A DNA stretch of 64,000 nt from Octopus sinensis (GCF_006345805.1 NC_043006.1:18662001-18726000); one strand, 5' to 3'; counted from the stretch's first letter, positions 24,945 to 38,320 are shown. Made by a program: numbers and translations. Notes: a model not told the origin generated them from the letters alone.

Positions 24945-25179
24945 TAGAAGGCGGCGAGCTGGCAGAAACGTTAGCACGCCGGGCGAAATGCGTAGCCGTA
25001 TTTCGTCTGCCATTACGTTCTGAGTTCAAATTCCGCCGAGGTCGACTTTGCCTTCCATTCTTTCGGGATCGATGAATAAAGTACCAGTTTCGCACTGGGG
25101 TCGATGTAATCGATTTAATCCCTTTGTCTGTCCTTGTTTGTCCCCTCTATGTTTAGCCCCTTGTGGGTAGTAAAGAAAT
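24945..25179 (+). mobile_element. SINE family C
   Basis: 18-bp TSD ATATAATATATTCTATAT (24927-24944, 25180-25197). Confidence 0.9.
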
Positions 25180-25614
25180 ATATAATATATTCTATATGTC
25201 AAATTTAGATTGGTGGGATAACACAGTAAAGAAAGGAAAAGCAATGGAATCTGAAGGATCTGTCAATATAGACAATTTGCAAAATATTATTTATCCAAGT
25301 AAAGGATATAGGTAAGAAGAAATACAGGTGATTATTGGGATTATATTCTGGAGATCTTACCCCTCACACTTTGACTAAGACGGTTCTGCACGTTGCGCTC
25401 CTGCAACAAGAGCAATTACAGTTATTGTGATTATTTCTTCGAATTCCAAAGCTCCGAACCACCTTTCTAGACATCATCCATCTCACAGACACACACAAAC
25501 AAATACACTCACAAAGCGCAATGTCCTATTTTATAGCTGACACTAGACATAACAGAAATATATGGATATTTCTCATTATGAAAGATGTACTCATTTCTAG
25601 GGCAGAGTATGGTT

Positions 25615-26052
25615 GGATCTTTTCGGTTTGAACGGTAGTTTTTAACATAATATCTAGGTAATTAAAAAATTTTTAACTTCGTATACTGGTAGAATGTGTT
25701 TATAAAACATCTTTTTCTCTTGCCTTTTTAGAGAAAATTCTATAGTTTGTAAGATATTTGTTGCTTTTTTTCTTCAATTTCTGCTATTTCAACCAATCAG
25801 TGACGTCTATTGAGTTAAAAAACATTATGTGCCGTATGAATATGTCCCTCGTTTAAGAAACAGATTGGGTTTATTTACATTTGTGAAGAAAAAAGATACC
25901 CTTCCCCCCACCTCTAACCCTAATCCTAACCCTAACTAACCCTAACCCTAAAACAGATTGAAATGCCGTAGATCGATACTAGGGTCATAGTTATGGGTGA
26001 CAATTTCATATGACACCGCTAGAAAAAACTGCCGTTCAAACCGGAAAGATCC
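25615..26052. mobile_element. MITE with about 29-bp TIRs and 8-bp TSD (Merlin-like, tentative), containing TAACCC repeats
   Basis: TIR GGATCTTTTCGGTTTGAACGGTAGTTTTT vs reverse complement GGATCTTTCCGGTTTGAACGGCAGTTTTT; TSD GTATGGTT (25607-25614, 26053-26060); telomere-like run 25914-25952. Confidence 0.85.
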
Positions 26053-27528
26053 GTATGGTTGACTAAACTGGCGTCATTGCGTTATCTGTTTTTAAAGTTG
26101 AAAACCAAAGCCGGCCACACTGAATTTTGAACATATGACGCGGAGCGATAGAATATAAACTACGATTTAGTTTGCTATATCACCATTTCTATCTCTTTAT
26201 TTGTTCTGCTGAGGAACATATTCTTTGCGATATTTGCTTGATTAAATAAGGAGATTAAATAAGAGAAATCTATACGAGTGCTTTTGATGTTTTCTGAACT
26301 AAGAAAATTAAATGAAAAATATAAAGAATTCATACATGATACAAACGGACGAAACTGCAAAAAAAAAAAAAAGTCTATATGAAAATGACAATATTAGCTT
26401 AGAATTTCATCAATGTTTAGTTTGCCATCCATATTCTGGTTGCCAATGTGAAATATTACATGTAGCCAGTTCTAGTGTCGGTCCATTATTTTGACACTAA
26501 ATATGACTATTCTAATAAAATAGATAAGGCAGATAAATGACTGAGACTACTTTCCTTTTAGATCAATTCCATTGCCTTTACGTTTGTAGCTTTCATATCA
26601 TTTTATGTTTGGGCCTACGTACTTTATTAAAGTAAAAAAAGATGCATTACTAAATATATAACTTAGATACTTTGAATATTCGATATTTCTTTTTATCATC
26701 ATCTAACATACAAAGTGTATCATTATGCAACAAAGACAACGTTAGACGATTGGAACCAGAGTGATAGCATATCAATGTATGTTTGCAAGTCGAGATATGC
26801 TGCCACTGCTACTACTATTGCTTCTGGTTATTGTATAGCACAGCAAATTGATATTGGGTTGTAGTTCGATTTTTGACAGATCCCAGTTAAGTCTGTTTAC
26901 TATTTGTGCAATTGATAATTACTTTTCTCCAGTAATTATGTAGCACAGATGTCGAGCTAATTAAAACCATTAATAACCATCCAGCTTTCAAATTACCACT
27001 AATAAGGTTTCCAATCTAGAAGAGCGTCAAGGAAAGCGATACAATATCTCTAAAGAACTTCTGCGTATGTCTTGAAATACGGACAGTAGTTTTAGTAGCA
27101 ACGGCAAGCTACTTAGACACACCTGAGGTAGAATATCTAAGATCATCGCAGAAACCTCAGATCGGCTGCAGACTATGTTAACAGAGCTGGATATTCAGAG
27201 TTCAGATTTAGCGCTCAAAATAAATTGCATTTAAACAAAATATATGCGGTTTGATAATGTAAAGCACTGCTAATTACAGGTGGTAAACAATGAAATGAGG
27301 GAGATTGAATTAGTATATCTACTTGGGACAGATAGTAAATATATGTCATGTCATGACTGCTAAAATCACGCGTAGAGTGAGAACAGGCTGGGAGGTTATT
27401 TGCCTTGATTAAAGATATATTCACAGTTGGACAAACCCCTACGTGACAATCTCATCAACATCATCTTCCTATCGGTGCTCTAATAATACACACACATACG
27501 TACTTATATATATATGTGTGTGTATATA

Positions 27529-28455
27529 CGTGGTTTGATCAATAAGTATCCGGACTGTTGCCATAGTAACTAAACTACAGCACACACAGTGAAGCCACTT
27601 GACACATATTGCCCTTGAATCCTGCTGTGCATGCGCACTAAGTTTTGACCTTGTAGATTACTTCCGCTGTTTACAGTAGTACTTAGAAGAAAGTGTGTAG
27701 CGTGTGATCATCGAATTTACCTTGACAGAGAAAGTTGAGTAGGGAGCCTGCATCAAATTCTGCCAAAAGTTTCGCGATACTGCTCAGAAGCCTACGCAAA
27801 CTTTTCAAAAAGTTTTCAATGGCGGTGCCCCAGCATGGCCACAGCTCGTGAGCTGAAACTATAATCAATCAATCAATCGTTCTTAACATCATCAAGGAGA
27901 TCTTATGCAACTAATACCCGAGTGTCTTTTTGGTCAGCTGAAAGCAGTTTTGGCACAAACTTGGCAGACACGCGTCTCATACCCAAATATTCAGTGAACA
28001 GAACTGTAAGTAATCTGCACATACTCTCACGGATGGTAATTCGACGAAATCCCCTCACAGCAGCACGCACATCTACAATGTTTTTTCTCACTTCTACCGG
28101 TTGTGGGTCTCCCAGAACGTTCGTCAATATCGACAGTTTTTCAGTCATCTTGGAAACGTTTGAACCATTCGTACAGTTGTGTGAGGCTCATACACTCCTG
28201 TCCATACGCTTTCTGCAACTTTGCGAAGGCTTCTGGGCAGGTATCACCATGACAACTTTCTCTGTCATGGTCAATGCGACGATCACATACTACACATGTT
28301 CCTTCCAAGCACTGCTGTCAACAAAAGAAGTGAGCTAGAAGTCAAAATATAGTACGCATATACAGCAGAGGTCAGTCTTTGTCAAGCGGCTTTACTCAGC
28401 GTGCTTTAGCGTCCTTACTATGGCAACAGTCCGGATACTTATTGAACAGACCTAG
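27529..28455. mobile_element. Non-autonomous mariner derivative built from two inverted 5' ends
   Basis: TIRs share TCAATAAGTATCCGGACTGTTGCCATAGTAA; TA flanks; minus-strand transposase remnants YEWFKRF, SGRP, RRITIRE, LGMRRVSAKFVPKLL; left arm repeats 5' UTR and the TEKV start on plus strand. Confidence 0.8.
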
Positions 28456-28463
28456 TATATATA

Positions 28464-28564
<101 letters not shown>

Positions 28565-28569
28565 TATTC

Positions 28570-28905
28570 TGTAAAGCCAGAAATGTAGTCTATAGTATAA
28601 GATGTATAGAGGGACGATGCAGTAACAAGACAACGACATACGTAGGGGAAACGGCAAGAAGCATAGGAGAGCGGGTAAATGAGCATTGGAGACAACTCAA
28701 AGAAGGTAAAAGCTCATCGATTCTGTACCAACACGCCGAACAAGAACACGGGGGATCAATCAATAACATAGAAATTAAAATATTATCCACACATAGATCA
28801 GATGCAACAATTAGACAAATTACGGAAGCTACACACATAATAGAAAATAAACCTAGCCTGAATAGAAAACTAGAATGGAGCACTAACACACACCACAACA
28901 CATGA
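28570..28905 (+). pseudogene. Penelope-like GIY-YIG endonuclease domain (111 open codons, 5'-truncated at a (TA)n tract)
   Basis: CKARNVVYSIRCIEGRCSNKTTTYVGETARSIGERVNEHWRQLKEGKSSSILYQHAEQEH...IRQITEATHIIENKPSLNRKLEW; no internal stop. Confidence 0.9.
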
Positions 28906-29072
28906 CGATAGAGGATCCTGAAAACATAATAAATACACAGATAAATAAATAAATAACTATATATATATATATATATAAATTGATTAATTAATTAATTTTA
29001 CCCTCAATTGTTGAAATTATATATATATATATTATATATATATATATATGTGTGTGTGTGTATATGTATATG

Positions 29073-29150
<78 letters not shown>

Positions 29151-29151
<1 letters not shown>

Positions 29152-29311
29152 ACAACAATTGAAGAGCGGCTACGGTGGGCCGTTCGACCCACTAGAAATA
29201 GCAGCCAGGGCTCCAACCGCAAATAGTAGTAATTCCGAAATCAGAGGAAAAATTAGGCTGCTATTTCTAGTGGGTCGAACGGCCTGTTGTGGCCGCTCCT
29301 CAGTTGTTGTT
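29151..29311. repeat. Short foldback: 56-bp inverted arms, 49-bp spacer
   Basis: Inner 29 bp GGCCGTTCGACCCACTAGAAATAGCAGCC perfectly inverted; outer part diverged; begins directly after (TA)n. Confidence 0.9.
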
Positions 29312-29818
29312 GAATTTATTAATAGTCTCTGACTATTTCCTCTTTCTCACTAGACCGCTGGTGGCAAAATAATTTCTATTGAATTTTTTGCTACCCTAAA
29401 TTGATTAATTGATATATATATATATATTTCGATTCAATTTATTATTATTATTACTAGTATTGTTGTTATACATACATACATACATACATACATACATACG
29501 TAGATACATACATACATACATACAAGCATATGTAATGATAATAATGGGTGGATGTAAACACATGAACAAAATAAGAATAAACAAAAAAAAAATACAAAAT
29601 ACAAAATATAAATTACATGAACATATAAAATTACAAATTACATGAACATATATAAACAGAAGATACAAATATTACAGGCATCCCCCACATACACACACTA
29701 AATAAACATAGACGCACATAGAGATATAAGCATGCGCAAATGAAGACATACAATAGAAATACAAAATGGCTGACGGTTAGTAAGGAGAGACACAAATAAG
29801 TGAGAAGAAAACAAAGGA

Positions 29819-29858
29819 CCACTGATGCGGTCACAGGAGTGTGACGAAAGAACTCTGG
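29819..29858 (+). ncRNA. Minimal hammerhead-like motif with one core mismatch
   Basis: cca-CTGATGC-g-gtcac[aggagt]gtgac-GAAAG-aa-CTC-tgg; A9 replaced by C. Confidence 0.45.
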
Positions 29859-29995
29859 CCGAAATAAGTTTAAGATTAATGTAAAAAATAAATATCACTG
29901 AAGCAAAATAACACCAAATATATAGTGCGTATGTTTTTATTGGCTAAACTGGCAATATGACCATTCCGAAATATAACAATATATATATATATTAT

Positions 29996-30051
<56 letters not shown>

Positions 30052-30109
30052 AATATATGCATATATATAAACATAATAAATATTAGGGTAATAAGAAATC
30101 TAAAGGCTC

Positions 30110-30175
30110 CCTGCTGACGAAAACTAGCCTCAGTAAATATCTTTTACTGGAATGAGTTAGAAACAATGGTCTAGG
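30110..30175 (+). ncRNA. Type I hammerhead ribozyme-like motif, canonical core
   Basis: cctg-CTGACGA-a-aact...cagtaaa/tttactg...agtt-a-GAAAC-aatg-GTC-tagg; GUC site at 30169-30171. Confidence 0.6.
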
Positions 30176-30962
30176 AACTAAATTAGATGGTAAACGTTTT
30201 TAATTTTCAATCCTTTCGAGAATTTATCCATAATTAATGGTTTGAATATTTTACTGCTCTTTCTAGCACAAGGCTTCCCTATTTGGAAGCCTCTTAATGT
30301 GTTCAAATGTACCTACTGGGATGTACCTACTTTATAAAGTACTATTAATATTTGTTTCAAATTTTAGCACAAGGATAGCAATTCCGGGGCGGGGGCTAAG
30401 ACGACGACATCGATCCAAGTACTTATTTTATCGGCATTGAAAGGATGCAAGCTAGAAGAAATATCGCCAAGCATTTTTGCCGGCGCGGTAACGATTCTGC
30501 CCGCTCGCCGGCTGACGATCGTCGAGCCGACAGAATCGTTCGCACACTGAACAAACTTCAAAATGCTTAGCAGCTTTTGTTCGTTTTTATATTCTGAGTT
30601 CAAATCCAGCAAAGTTCGACTTACGTCATTTCGGGGTCGTAGAAATAAGTACCGGTTTATCACTAGGCTCGATGTAATAGAATAGGCACTTACCTACAAA
30701 TTTCTCGCCTTGTGCCTATACTAGAAAGGATCAATATTACTATAGCTTGAACCAGTCGCCCAATGGTAAGAGCAATTCGTTCTTTCTTTTATATTTTAAC
30801 AATGACTAGAAGGGAATAATTTTGCGCCCTATCACAATAAAACATAAAACGTGGTAGTATGGAAAACGTAAATTTTGAAACGTTCTTTTGTTCTTTTCAA
30901 ACGTAAATGTGGAATGGGGGCAATAATATATATTTAGAATACGTGCCGTAAGTAGTAGAGGT

Positions 30963-31175
30963 ATACTCTTTTACTCTTTTACTTGTTTCAGTCATTTGAC
31001 TGCGGCCATGCTGGAGTATCGCCTTTAGTCGAGCAAATCGACCCCGGGACTTATTCTTTGTAAGCCCAGTACTTATTCTATCGGTCTCTTTTGCCGAACC
31101 GCTAAGTAACGGGGACGTAAACACACCAGCATCGGTTGTCAAGCAATGCTAGGGGGACAAGCACAGACACACAAA

Positions 31176-31214
<39 letters not shown>

Positions 31215-31376
31215 TATATACATATATACGACAGGCTTCTTTCAGTTTCCGTCTGCCAAATCCACTCACAAGACTTTGGTCGGCCCGAGGCTATAGTAGA
31301 AGACACTTGCCCAAGGTGCCACGCAGTGGGACTGAACCCGGAACCATGCGGTTGGTAAACAAGCTACTTACCACAC
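30963..31376 (-). mobile_element. SINE family B (slightly 5'-truncated)
   Basis: Reverse-complement match, including central (TA)n and tail. Confidence 0.9.
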
Positions 31377-32089
31377 TTAAATTTCCTAAAGATGTGAGCC
31401 TTGGTTTGGTTCTTATAAGACAATGCCTATTGTTTTAAACGTACACAGTACAGTACACCACTTAATATTAATTCTGCATTTACTTTTGTTCGGCTTATAT
31501 TCGATATTTCCATTTACGGATAATCCTATATTCAATCTTATTTCCTATGCTCTCCAGTACTTCATGTCTCTGTTTTTAAAATCTCGGTGGTTAGTTTGAT
31601 ATTTCTTGTCAATGCGAACAATCATATTGCAGAGTATTTGTTTCTATATCATTGTAACACAGAGAGTTGCATGCGTGCTTGCACAATCTATATTTCAGAC
31701 GTGGCGTTGAAATGTCGCCATATTACAGCAAAAATATTACTATGCCTACAGCTATATTCTAACGTCATAAACAGTAAAGAGCTGGAAATCGTTTCTTTTA
31801 TGTTAATAGCTTCTACGTGTTTCGTTTAATTCCATTTTTTAATTCGTTTTGTGGTTATGAATTGAACGGGAAAACATATATTAGACACTCCTATTCCAGA
31901 CTTCATACCACTTCTTTTTAGCATTTGCTGACTTTCAAACAGATGCACACGATTTTTATCTATATTTTTGTTTGCTGAATTTTCATTTTGCTTTAATCTT
32001 ATCAATCTTTATATAACTGTTTTTTTTATATATATATTCTATGTTTTCTATCACCCGAATTAGCTTCCAGATTGTATTACTACAAATTT

Positions 32090-32502
32090 TCCATACATAC
32101 ATACATACATACATACATACATACATACATACATACATACATACATACATACATACATAATACATACATACATACATACAAACACACACACACACACATA
32201 TATATTGCATAGAGGGAGAGAGCCAAAGAGTAAGAGAGAGAAGAGAACAGAAAGAGAGAGAGAGAGAGAGATGGAGAAAAGACGGAGACATTTTCTTTCT
32301 TCCTTGTGTACGTTTATAATAATCAGTTTACCATCTCTTGATAAAACTACTTCAATTAGCACACCTTGGTTATTGCGTTACAGTTGTCCTATTGTGTTAT
32401 TAGGGCATATTCTCTCAGAGGGTTTACTACATAATGCATACATGCCTATCTAGCCATCTATCTCTCCCTCTTTCTATCTATACATACATATGCATACACA
32501 CT

Positions 32503-32579
<77 letters not shown>

Positions 32580-32580
32580 A

Positions 32581-32638
<58 letters not shown>

Positions 32639-32767
32639 GATATATAGATATATAGATATATATAGATAGATATAGATATATAGATATATACATACATTTT
32701 ATATATATATATATATATATGCATACACACATACACATTTACCTATCGACACATGCACCCACACCCA

Positions 32768-32818
<51 letters not shown>

Positions 32819-32952
32819 ATATATATATATATATTATATATATATATATATAATATATATATATATATTATATATATATATATATCTATATATATATATA
32901 TAATATATATATATATATATAATATATATATATATATCTATATATATATATA

Positions 32953-32984
<32 letters not shown>

Positions 32985-33050
32985 GATATATACATACATT
33001 TTATATATATATATATATCTATATATATATATATATATGTATATATAAAC
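32090..33050. repeat. Microsatellite field: (CATA)n, (GA)n, long interrupted (TA)n, (TAGATA)n
   Basis: Directly visible; explains the IY/YV/MYVC-repeat ORFs. Confidence 0.95.
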
Positions 33051-33259
33051 AATGATTTATATTAATATATATCCATACTTGTAAATATTAATATATTCAT
33101 ACATATGTAAACACACATATTAGCTTTAGAATGGAGTGTGCACTTTAGAGTTTCTTAATAGTTCATTCACCGTTAAATTATATGAAAGTTCTCATTAATG
33201 ATACCTAATGTATTTATCCTGATAATCGTATTTATACCTTTATGTTTCGCTTCCAGAAA

Positions 33260-33900
33260 AGCAGCAAGTTCGGGAGAAGTGAGCTAAGTCGATTACATCA
33301 GCCCCGGTACTCGACAGGTATTTTGTTATTCACCAACCCGGAAAAGATGAAAGGTAAAATCGACCTCGAAGCAATTTGAACGTAAAGACGGACGAAATGC
33401 CGCTAAGCCTTTTACACGGCGTGTTAACGATTGTGCCAGCTCGCCGCTCTGTGTTTAGCTTTTAATATTAGTACTCAAGAAAAGGTGGCGAGTTGGCAGA
33501 ATCGTTAGTACGCCAGGCCAAATGCCGAGCGTCGTATCGTCCGTCTTTATGTTCTGAGTTCAAATCGCGCCGAGGTCGACTTTGCCTTTCGTCCTTTCGA
33601 GCACTGGGCTCCATGTAATCGACTTATCATCTCCTCCAAAATTACTGGCCTTGCACTAGTATTTGAAACTAATATTAGTACCCAAGGCGGCGAGCTGGCA
33701 AAATCTTTAGCACGCCGGGTGAAATTCTTAGAGGTGTTTCGTCCGATTTCATGTTCTGAGTTCAAATTTCGCCGAGGTCGACTTTGCATCTCATCGTCTG
33801 GGAAACGATAAAATATGTTTCATTTGAGGACTGAGGTTGTTGGAATCGATTTATCCCCTGCTTTGAACTTGGTGGCCTTTTGCCAAAATTTGAAATCAAT
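33260..33900. mobile_element. Cluster of old family-C-related SINE copies in both orientations
   Basis: GGCGAGTTGGCAGAATCGTTAG, CTGAGTTCAAAT and CGAGGTCGACTTTGC motifs, diverged. Similar relics at about 11580-11800, 24220-24930, 30370-30740, 38330-38570, 39240-39460. Confidence 0.7.
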
Positions 33901-34459
33901 ATAAGCTCTTCTCTTCAATAATACTCGTTCCCGATTTCTTTTCATATTTTGGCCACAGCCAATGACTAAAACAAATAAAAGGATAAATGAATACTGTATC
34001 ATATTCATTTCATCTGCTTCTAAATACTTGATTCGTCCCTTGTTTAAAATTTTCGGTTTCGTAGTATATGTGTGTGTGTGTGCAGAAAGAGAGAGGGAGA
34101 GAGAATGAGATAGGGAGAGAGAGAGAGAGAGAGGGGGGAAGAAGAGAAAGTATTGAAACGAAATTTTGTTAAATAGTCATTTATTTATCAAATGAGCTAG
34201 TTGCATATAAAATGCAAAGATATACAATTTAGAGTATTCAATTTAGAGTAGCAGTGCATTTATAAGCCAACGAATAGAATACATTCTCACTGACGAAGTT
34301 TCAGTACAGTATCCAAAATAGTTAAGGTAACTCTTTTTTTCCGTTAACAAAGATATCTCATTCGATAACAAGATAACAAAATGTTTACACTTGTATATAC
34401 ATACACTATTCAACTAAAACCAATAGATATATTCTGTAGTTCAATTTATTATTTTTTTT

Positions 34460-34845
34460 TGGAAGCACTCCATCGGTTACGACGACGAGGGTTCCGGTTG
34501 ATCCGAATCAACGGAACAGCCTGCTCGTCAAATTAACGTGTAAGTGGCTGAGCACTCCACAGACACGTGTACCCTTAACGCAGTTCTCGGGGATATTCAG
34601 CGTGACACAGAGAGTGACAAGGCCGGCCCTTTGAAATACAGGTACAACAGAAACAGGAAGTAAGAGTGAGAGAAAGTTGTGGTAAAAGGGTTCAGCGGGG
34701 ATCACCACCATCCCCTGCCGGAGCCTCGTGGAGCTTTAGGTGTTTTCGCTCAATAAACACTCACAACGCCCGGTCTGGGAATCGAAACCGCGATCCTATG
34801 ACCGCGAGTCCGCTGCCCTAACCACTGGGCCATTGTGCCTCCACA
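34460..34845 (-). mobile_element. SINE family A
   Basis: Full-length match. Confidence 0.9.
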
Positions 34846-35029
34846 CATTGAAGCAATAATTCGCATCCCACTAGCAATTTCCTAATCGAATAAGCTGTCA
34901 TGGATGTTTTATATATTCAAATCATTTTAACCGATTTTCTTACAGCGGTTTATGAAAGTGAATTTTATAAGCAGGTTTTTGTGGACAGTGAACGAGGGTA
35001 CTCAGTTAGACTGAGGAAAGTTCAACAGT

Positions 35030-35790
35030 AGTTATAGTAATGTTAAAAGCGGAGACAATGTTGTCAATAGCTATGATTGTAACGTCATCAAAAGTGGTGG
35101 TAGTGGCAGTAGTCAGTGGTAGTGATGGCAACATCAGAAGATATAAGAAAAATAGTTGCAGTAATGTCAGCATCAGAGATAGTAATGGTAATAACTGAGG
35201 CAGTAATTTTAAAATCATGTGGAGGCGCAATGGCTCAGTGGTTAGGGCAGTGGACTCGCGGTCATAGGATCGCGGTTTCGATTCCCAGACCGGGCGTTGT
35301 GAGTGTTTATTGAGCGAAAACACTTAAAAGCTCCACGACGCTCCGGCAGGGGATGGTGGTGATCCCTGCTGTACTCTTTCACCACAACTTTCTCTCACTC
35401 TTACTTCCTGTTTCTGTTGTACCTGTATTTCAAGGGGCCGGCCTTGTCACTCTCTGTGTCACGCTGAATATCCCCGAGAACTACGTTAAGGGTACACGTG
35501 TCTGTGGAGTGTTCAGCCACTTACACGTTAATTTCACGAGCAGGCTGTTCCGTTGATTCGGATCAACCGGAACTCTCATCGTCGTAACCGACGGAGTGCT
35601 TCCAAAAAAATGTTAAAATCAAAGGCAGTGATATCAACAAGAAAGACAGCAATCTCAACAAAGGAGACAACAATATCAACGACAGACGCAATAATGTCAA
35701 CAGTAGAGGTAGCCACATAAACAGCAGAGGCAGTAATGTCAACAACAGGGGAAGTAATGTCAACAGAAGAGGCAGTACTACCAATAACAG
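35030..35790 (+). repeat. Degenerate 21-bp minisatellite (GGCAGTAATGTCAACAACAGA-like) split by a SINE
   Basis: 21-nt periodicity clearest at 35620-35790; reads as RGSNVNN-like heptads. Confidence 0.7.
35218..35604 (+). mobile_element. SINE family A inserted in the 21-bp minisatellite
   Basis: Full length; TTAAAATCA duplicated on both sides. Confidence 0.9.
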
Positions 35791-36326
35791 TGATACTTTC
35801 CCTGTGATATCATCACATCGCTTTGCGATGGTGGACAGTTGTTAGATGTTACAGAAGAATAGCAAACCTCCCTGGTGTGAATTCTGACGCAAGACAAGTG
35901 TGGGAATCCATCAATTCCAAGGACAGCAAAATAGACCTTAGAATTGACCATAGAAAGCTATTGTTCATCTAAACCACCTGAAGGATTAAAGGGAGAGTAA
36001 TACACTGACACATGAAACGGAGAACTTAAACTCGTAGATAACATAGACTCTACTTCCTACGTCGACGTATTTGACTTGGTCCGATGAATTGCTTCACATG
36101 GAGAGTAATTTGAAGGCGATAAAAGTGTAAACATAAAACTGGGTAAAATAATATTGCAAAATTCCGGTTTCTTTTGAAATTAATTTTAGTTTATTCACTA
36201 ATTTTTATACTTTTATACATTCTGCTTTTTTTTTTCTTGTCCATCGATTTCGTATAACTATGTGTGTTCGTCATAAAACGTTTTTATGAGTGCATGTACC
36301 TTGGTGGACGTTATATGTGGTGGGCA

Positions 36327-36565
36327 GTATATATTGCGGCGAGTTGGCAGGATCGTTAGCACGCCGGGCGAAATGCGTAGCCGTATTTCGTCTGCCGTTA
36401 CGTTCTGAGTTCAAATTACGCCCAGGTCCACTTTGCCTTTCATCCTTTCGGGGTCGATAAATTAAGTACCAGTTATGCACTGGGGTCGATGTAATCGACT
36501 TAATCCGTTTGTTTGTCCTTGTTTGTCCCCTCTATATTTAGCCCCTTGTGGGTAATAAAGAAACG
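36327..36565 (+). mobile_element. SINE family C
   Basis: 17-bp TSD GTTATATGTGGTGGGCA (36310-36326, 36566-36582). Confidence 0.92.
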
Positions 36566-37749
36566 GTTATATGTGGTGGGCAAGACTAAAAGCATTGAAA
36601 AACTGGCATTTTCTATTCCGGTGAATCCACATTGACATTTTCCGCTTCCACTTGGAAAAGAAGGTGAGTAATGAAAGGCGACTTCTCCTCCCCAGCGAAT
36701 TCGTCAAAAGGTGAGTGTCACTGGAAAAACAAAATGGCTAGGGTGAATGGAAATACTCTAAGCATGTACGTTTAAGTTGGAAAACAACAAATGGGTCAGA
36801 GCTTGTGCTGCTGATGGCCAGGGTGATTCTGAGCGTGTAAATGATCTTGATCGGCAATCGCTGCAGGTTACACGCATAAGGAAAATGACATCATCTGTGT
36901 GTTAACATATTTTATATACTGTGTATACTTTTATCTCATTTCTCTCTCTTCTCAGTTCCCCGCTCAACATTTCATGCAAACTGCAAAATGTCATAGTAAT
37001 GTCTTCATCTGATATGCTGTGGCAAATAAACGAAATCATCACCATCGTCATCATCATTATAAATACTTTTATCATTATTTGAAACATTAAGGCAACACGT
37101 ATGTGTAACAACAAACATGTTTATTAATTTAAATAATTTGCAGTATTCAGTTGCATATTTCTATTCTGTTTAAATTAATCCGTACATTTATTCATGGACA
37201 TTATGACAAAGCAATTATCAAGTTAAATGTAATACAGTGAGACAAGCTAAGTATATGACCGTACTTAATTTCTCCCCGGAGTGATATGTTTCTACATGTT
37301 CATACTGTAAGATCTAAAATAAACCGCAAACCTTCAGAACTCCACACAACTCTCGTTTGTTGTTAAATTATTTATCAGATACTTAGAACATACTTAGAGT
37401 TGAAATAACCAAAGGCTACTTGTGAACGTTTCAGGGATTTATAGGTGAAAGAGACAGAGCAGCAAATGTTTAACTTGAACTATCGTAGCTTAACCTCTTT
37501 TGACATAAAGGAAATTGGAAATAGATTTAGTTCTGAATGTAATTTATTTCAACAATAATTAGAGGTGAGGAACATGAGTAATAACGGTTTCAAATTTTGG
37601 CACAAGGTCAGCAAGCTCGAGGAAGGGGTAAATCGATGACATCGACCCCAGTACTCAACTGGTACCTATTTTATTGACTGGGAAAGGATGGCAGGCAAAG
37701 TCTACCTGAACGGAATTTGAACTCAGGTGCATGGAATGAGATAATTAGC

Positions 37750-38320
37750 AATAATTCTTTCTACTAAAGTTTGCGAGAGGATAAGTCGATCAAATCGACC
37801 CCAGTACCTGACTAGAACTTAAGTTATCGACCCCGAAAGGATGAAAGGCAAAGTCGACCTCGGCGGAATTTGAACTCAGAACGTAACGGCAGACGTAATA
37901 CCTATTTCTTTACTACCCACGAGGGGCTAAACACAGAGAGGACAAACAAGGACAGACAAACGGATTAAGTCGATTATATCGACCCCAGTGCGTAACTGGT
38001 ACTTAATTTATCGACCGCGAAAGGATGAAAGGCAAAGTCGACCTCAGCGGAATTTGAACTCAGAACGCAACGACAGACTCAATACCTATTTCTTTATTAC
38101 CCACAAGGGGCTAAACACAGAGAGGACAAACAAGGACAGACAAACGGATTAAGTCGATTACATCGACCCCAGTGCGTAACTGGTACTTATTTAATAGACC
38201 CCGACGCGATGAAAGGCAAAGTCGACCTCGGCGGAATTTGAACTCAGAACGTAGCGGCAGACGAAATACCGCTAAGCATTTCACCCGACGTACTAACGAT
38301 TCTGCCAGCTCGCCGCCTTA
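37750..38320 (-). mobile_element. Tandem multimer of SINE family C
   Basis: One head plus repeated 3' unit of about 184 bp (junctions at 37900 and 38084). Confidence 0.85.

Noticed and set aside
32500-33050. TT/AA phase flips in many (TA)n tracts, sometimes in mirror-symmetric pairs
   Set aside because: Not consistently symmetric (e.g. 53163-53272) and may reflect sequencing or consensus error in long TA runs.
36640-36900. Two AAG|GTGAGT donor-like sites and a pyrimidine-AG suggesting a micro-exon
   Set aside because: The implied intron is only about 30 nt and no reading frame is supported; needs RNA-seq.
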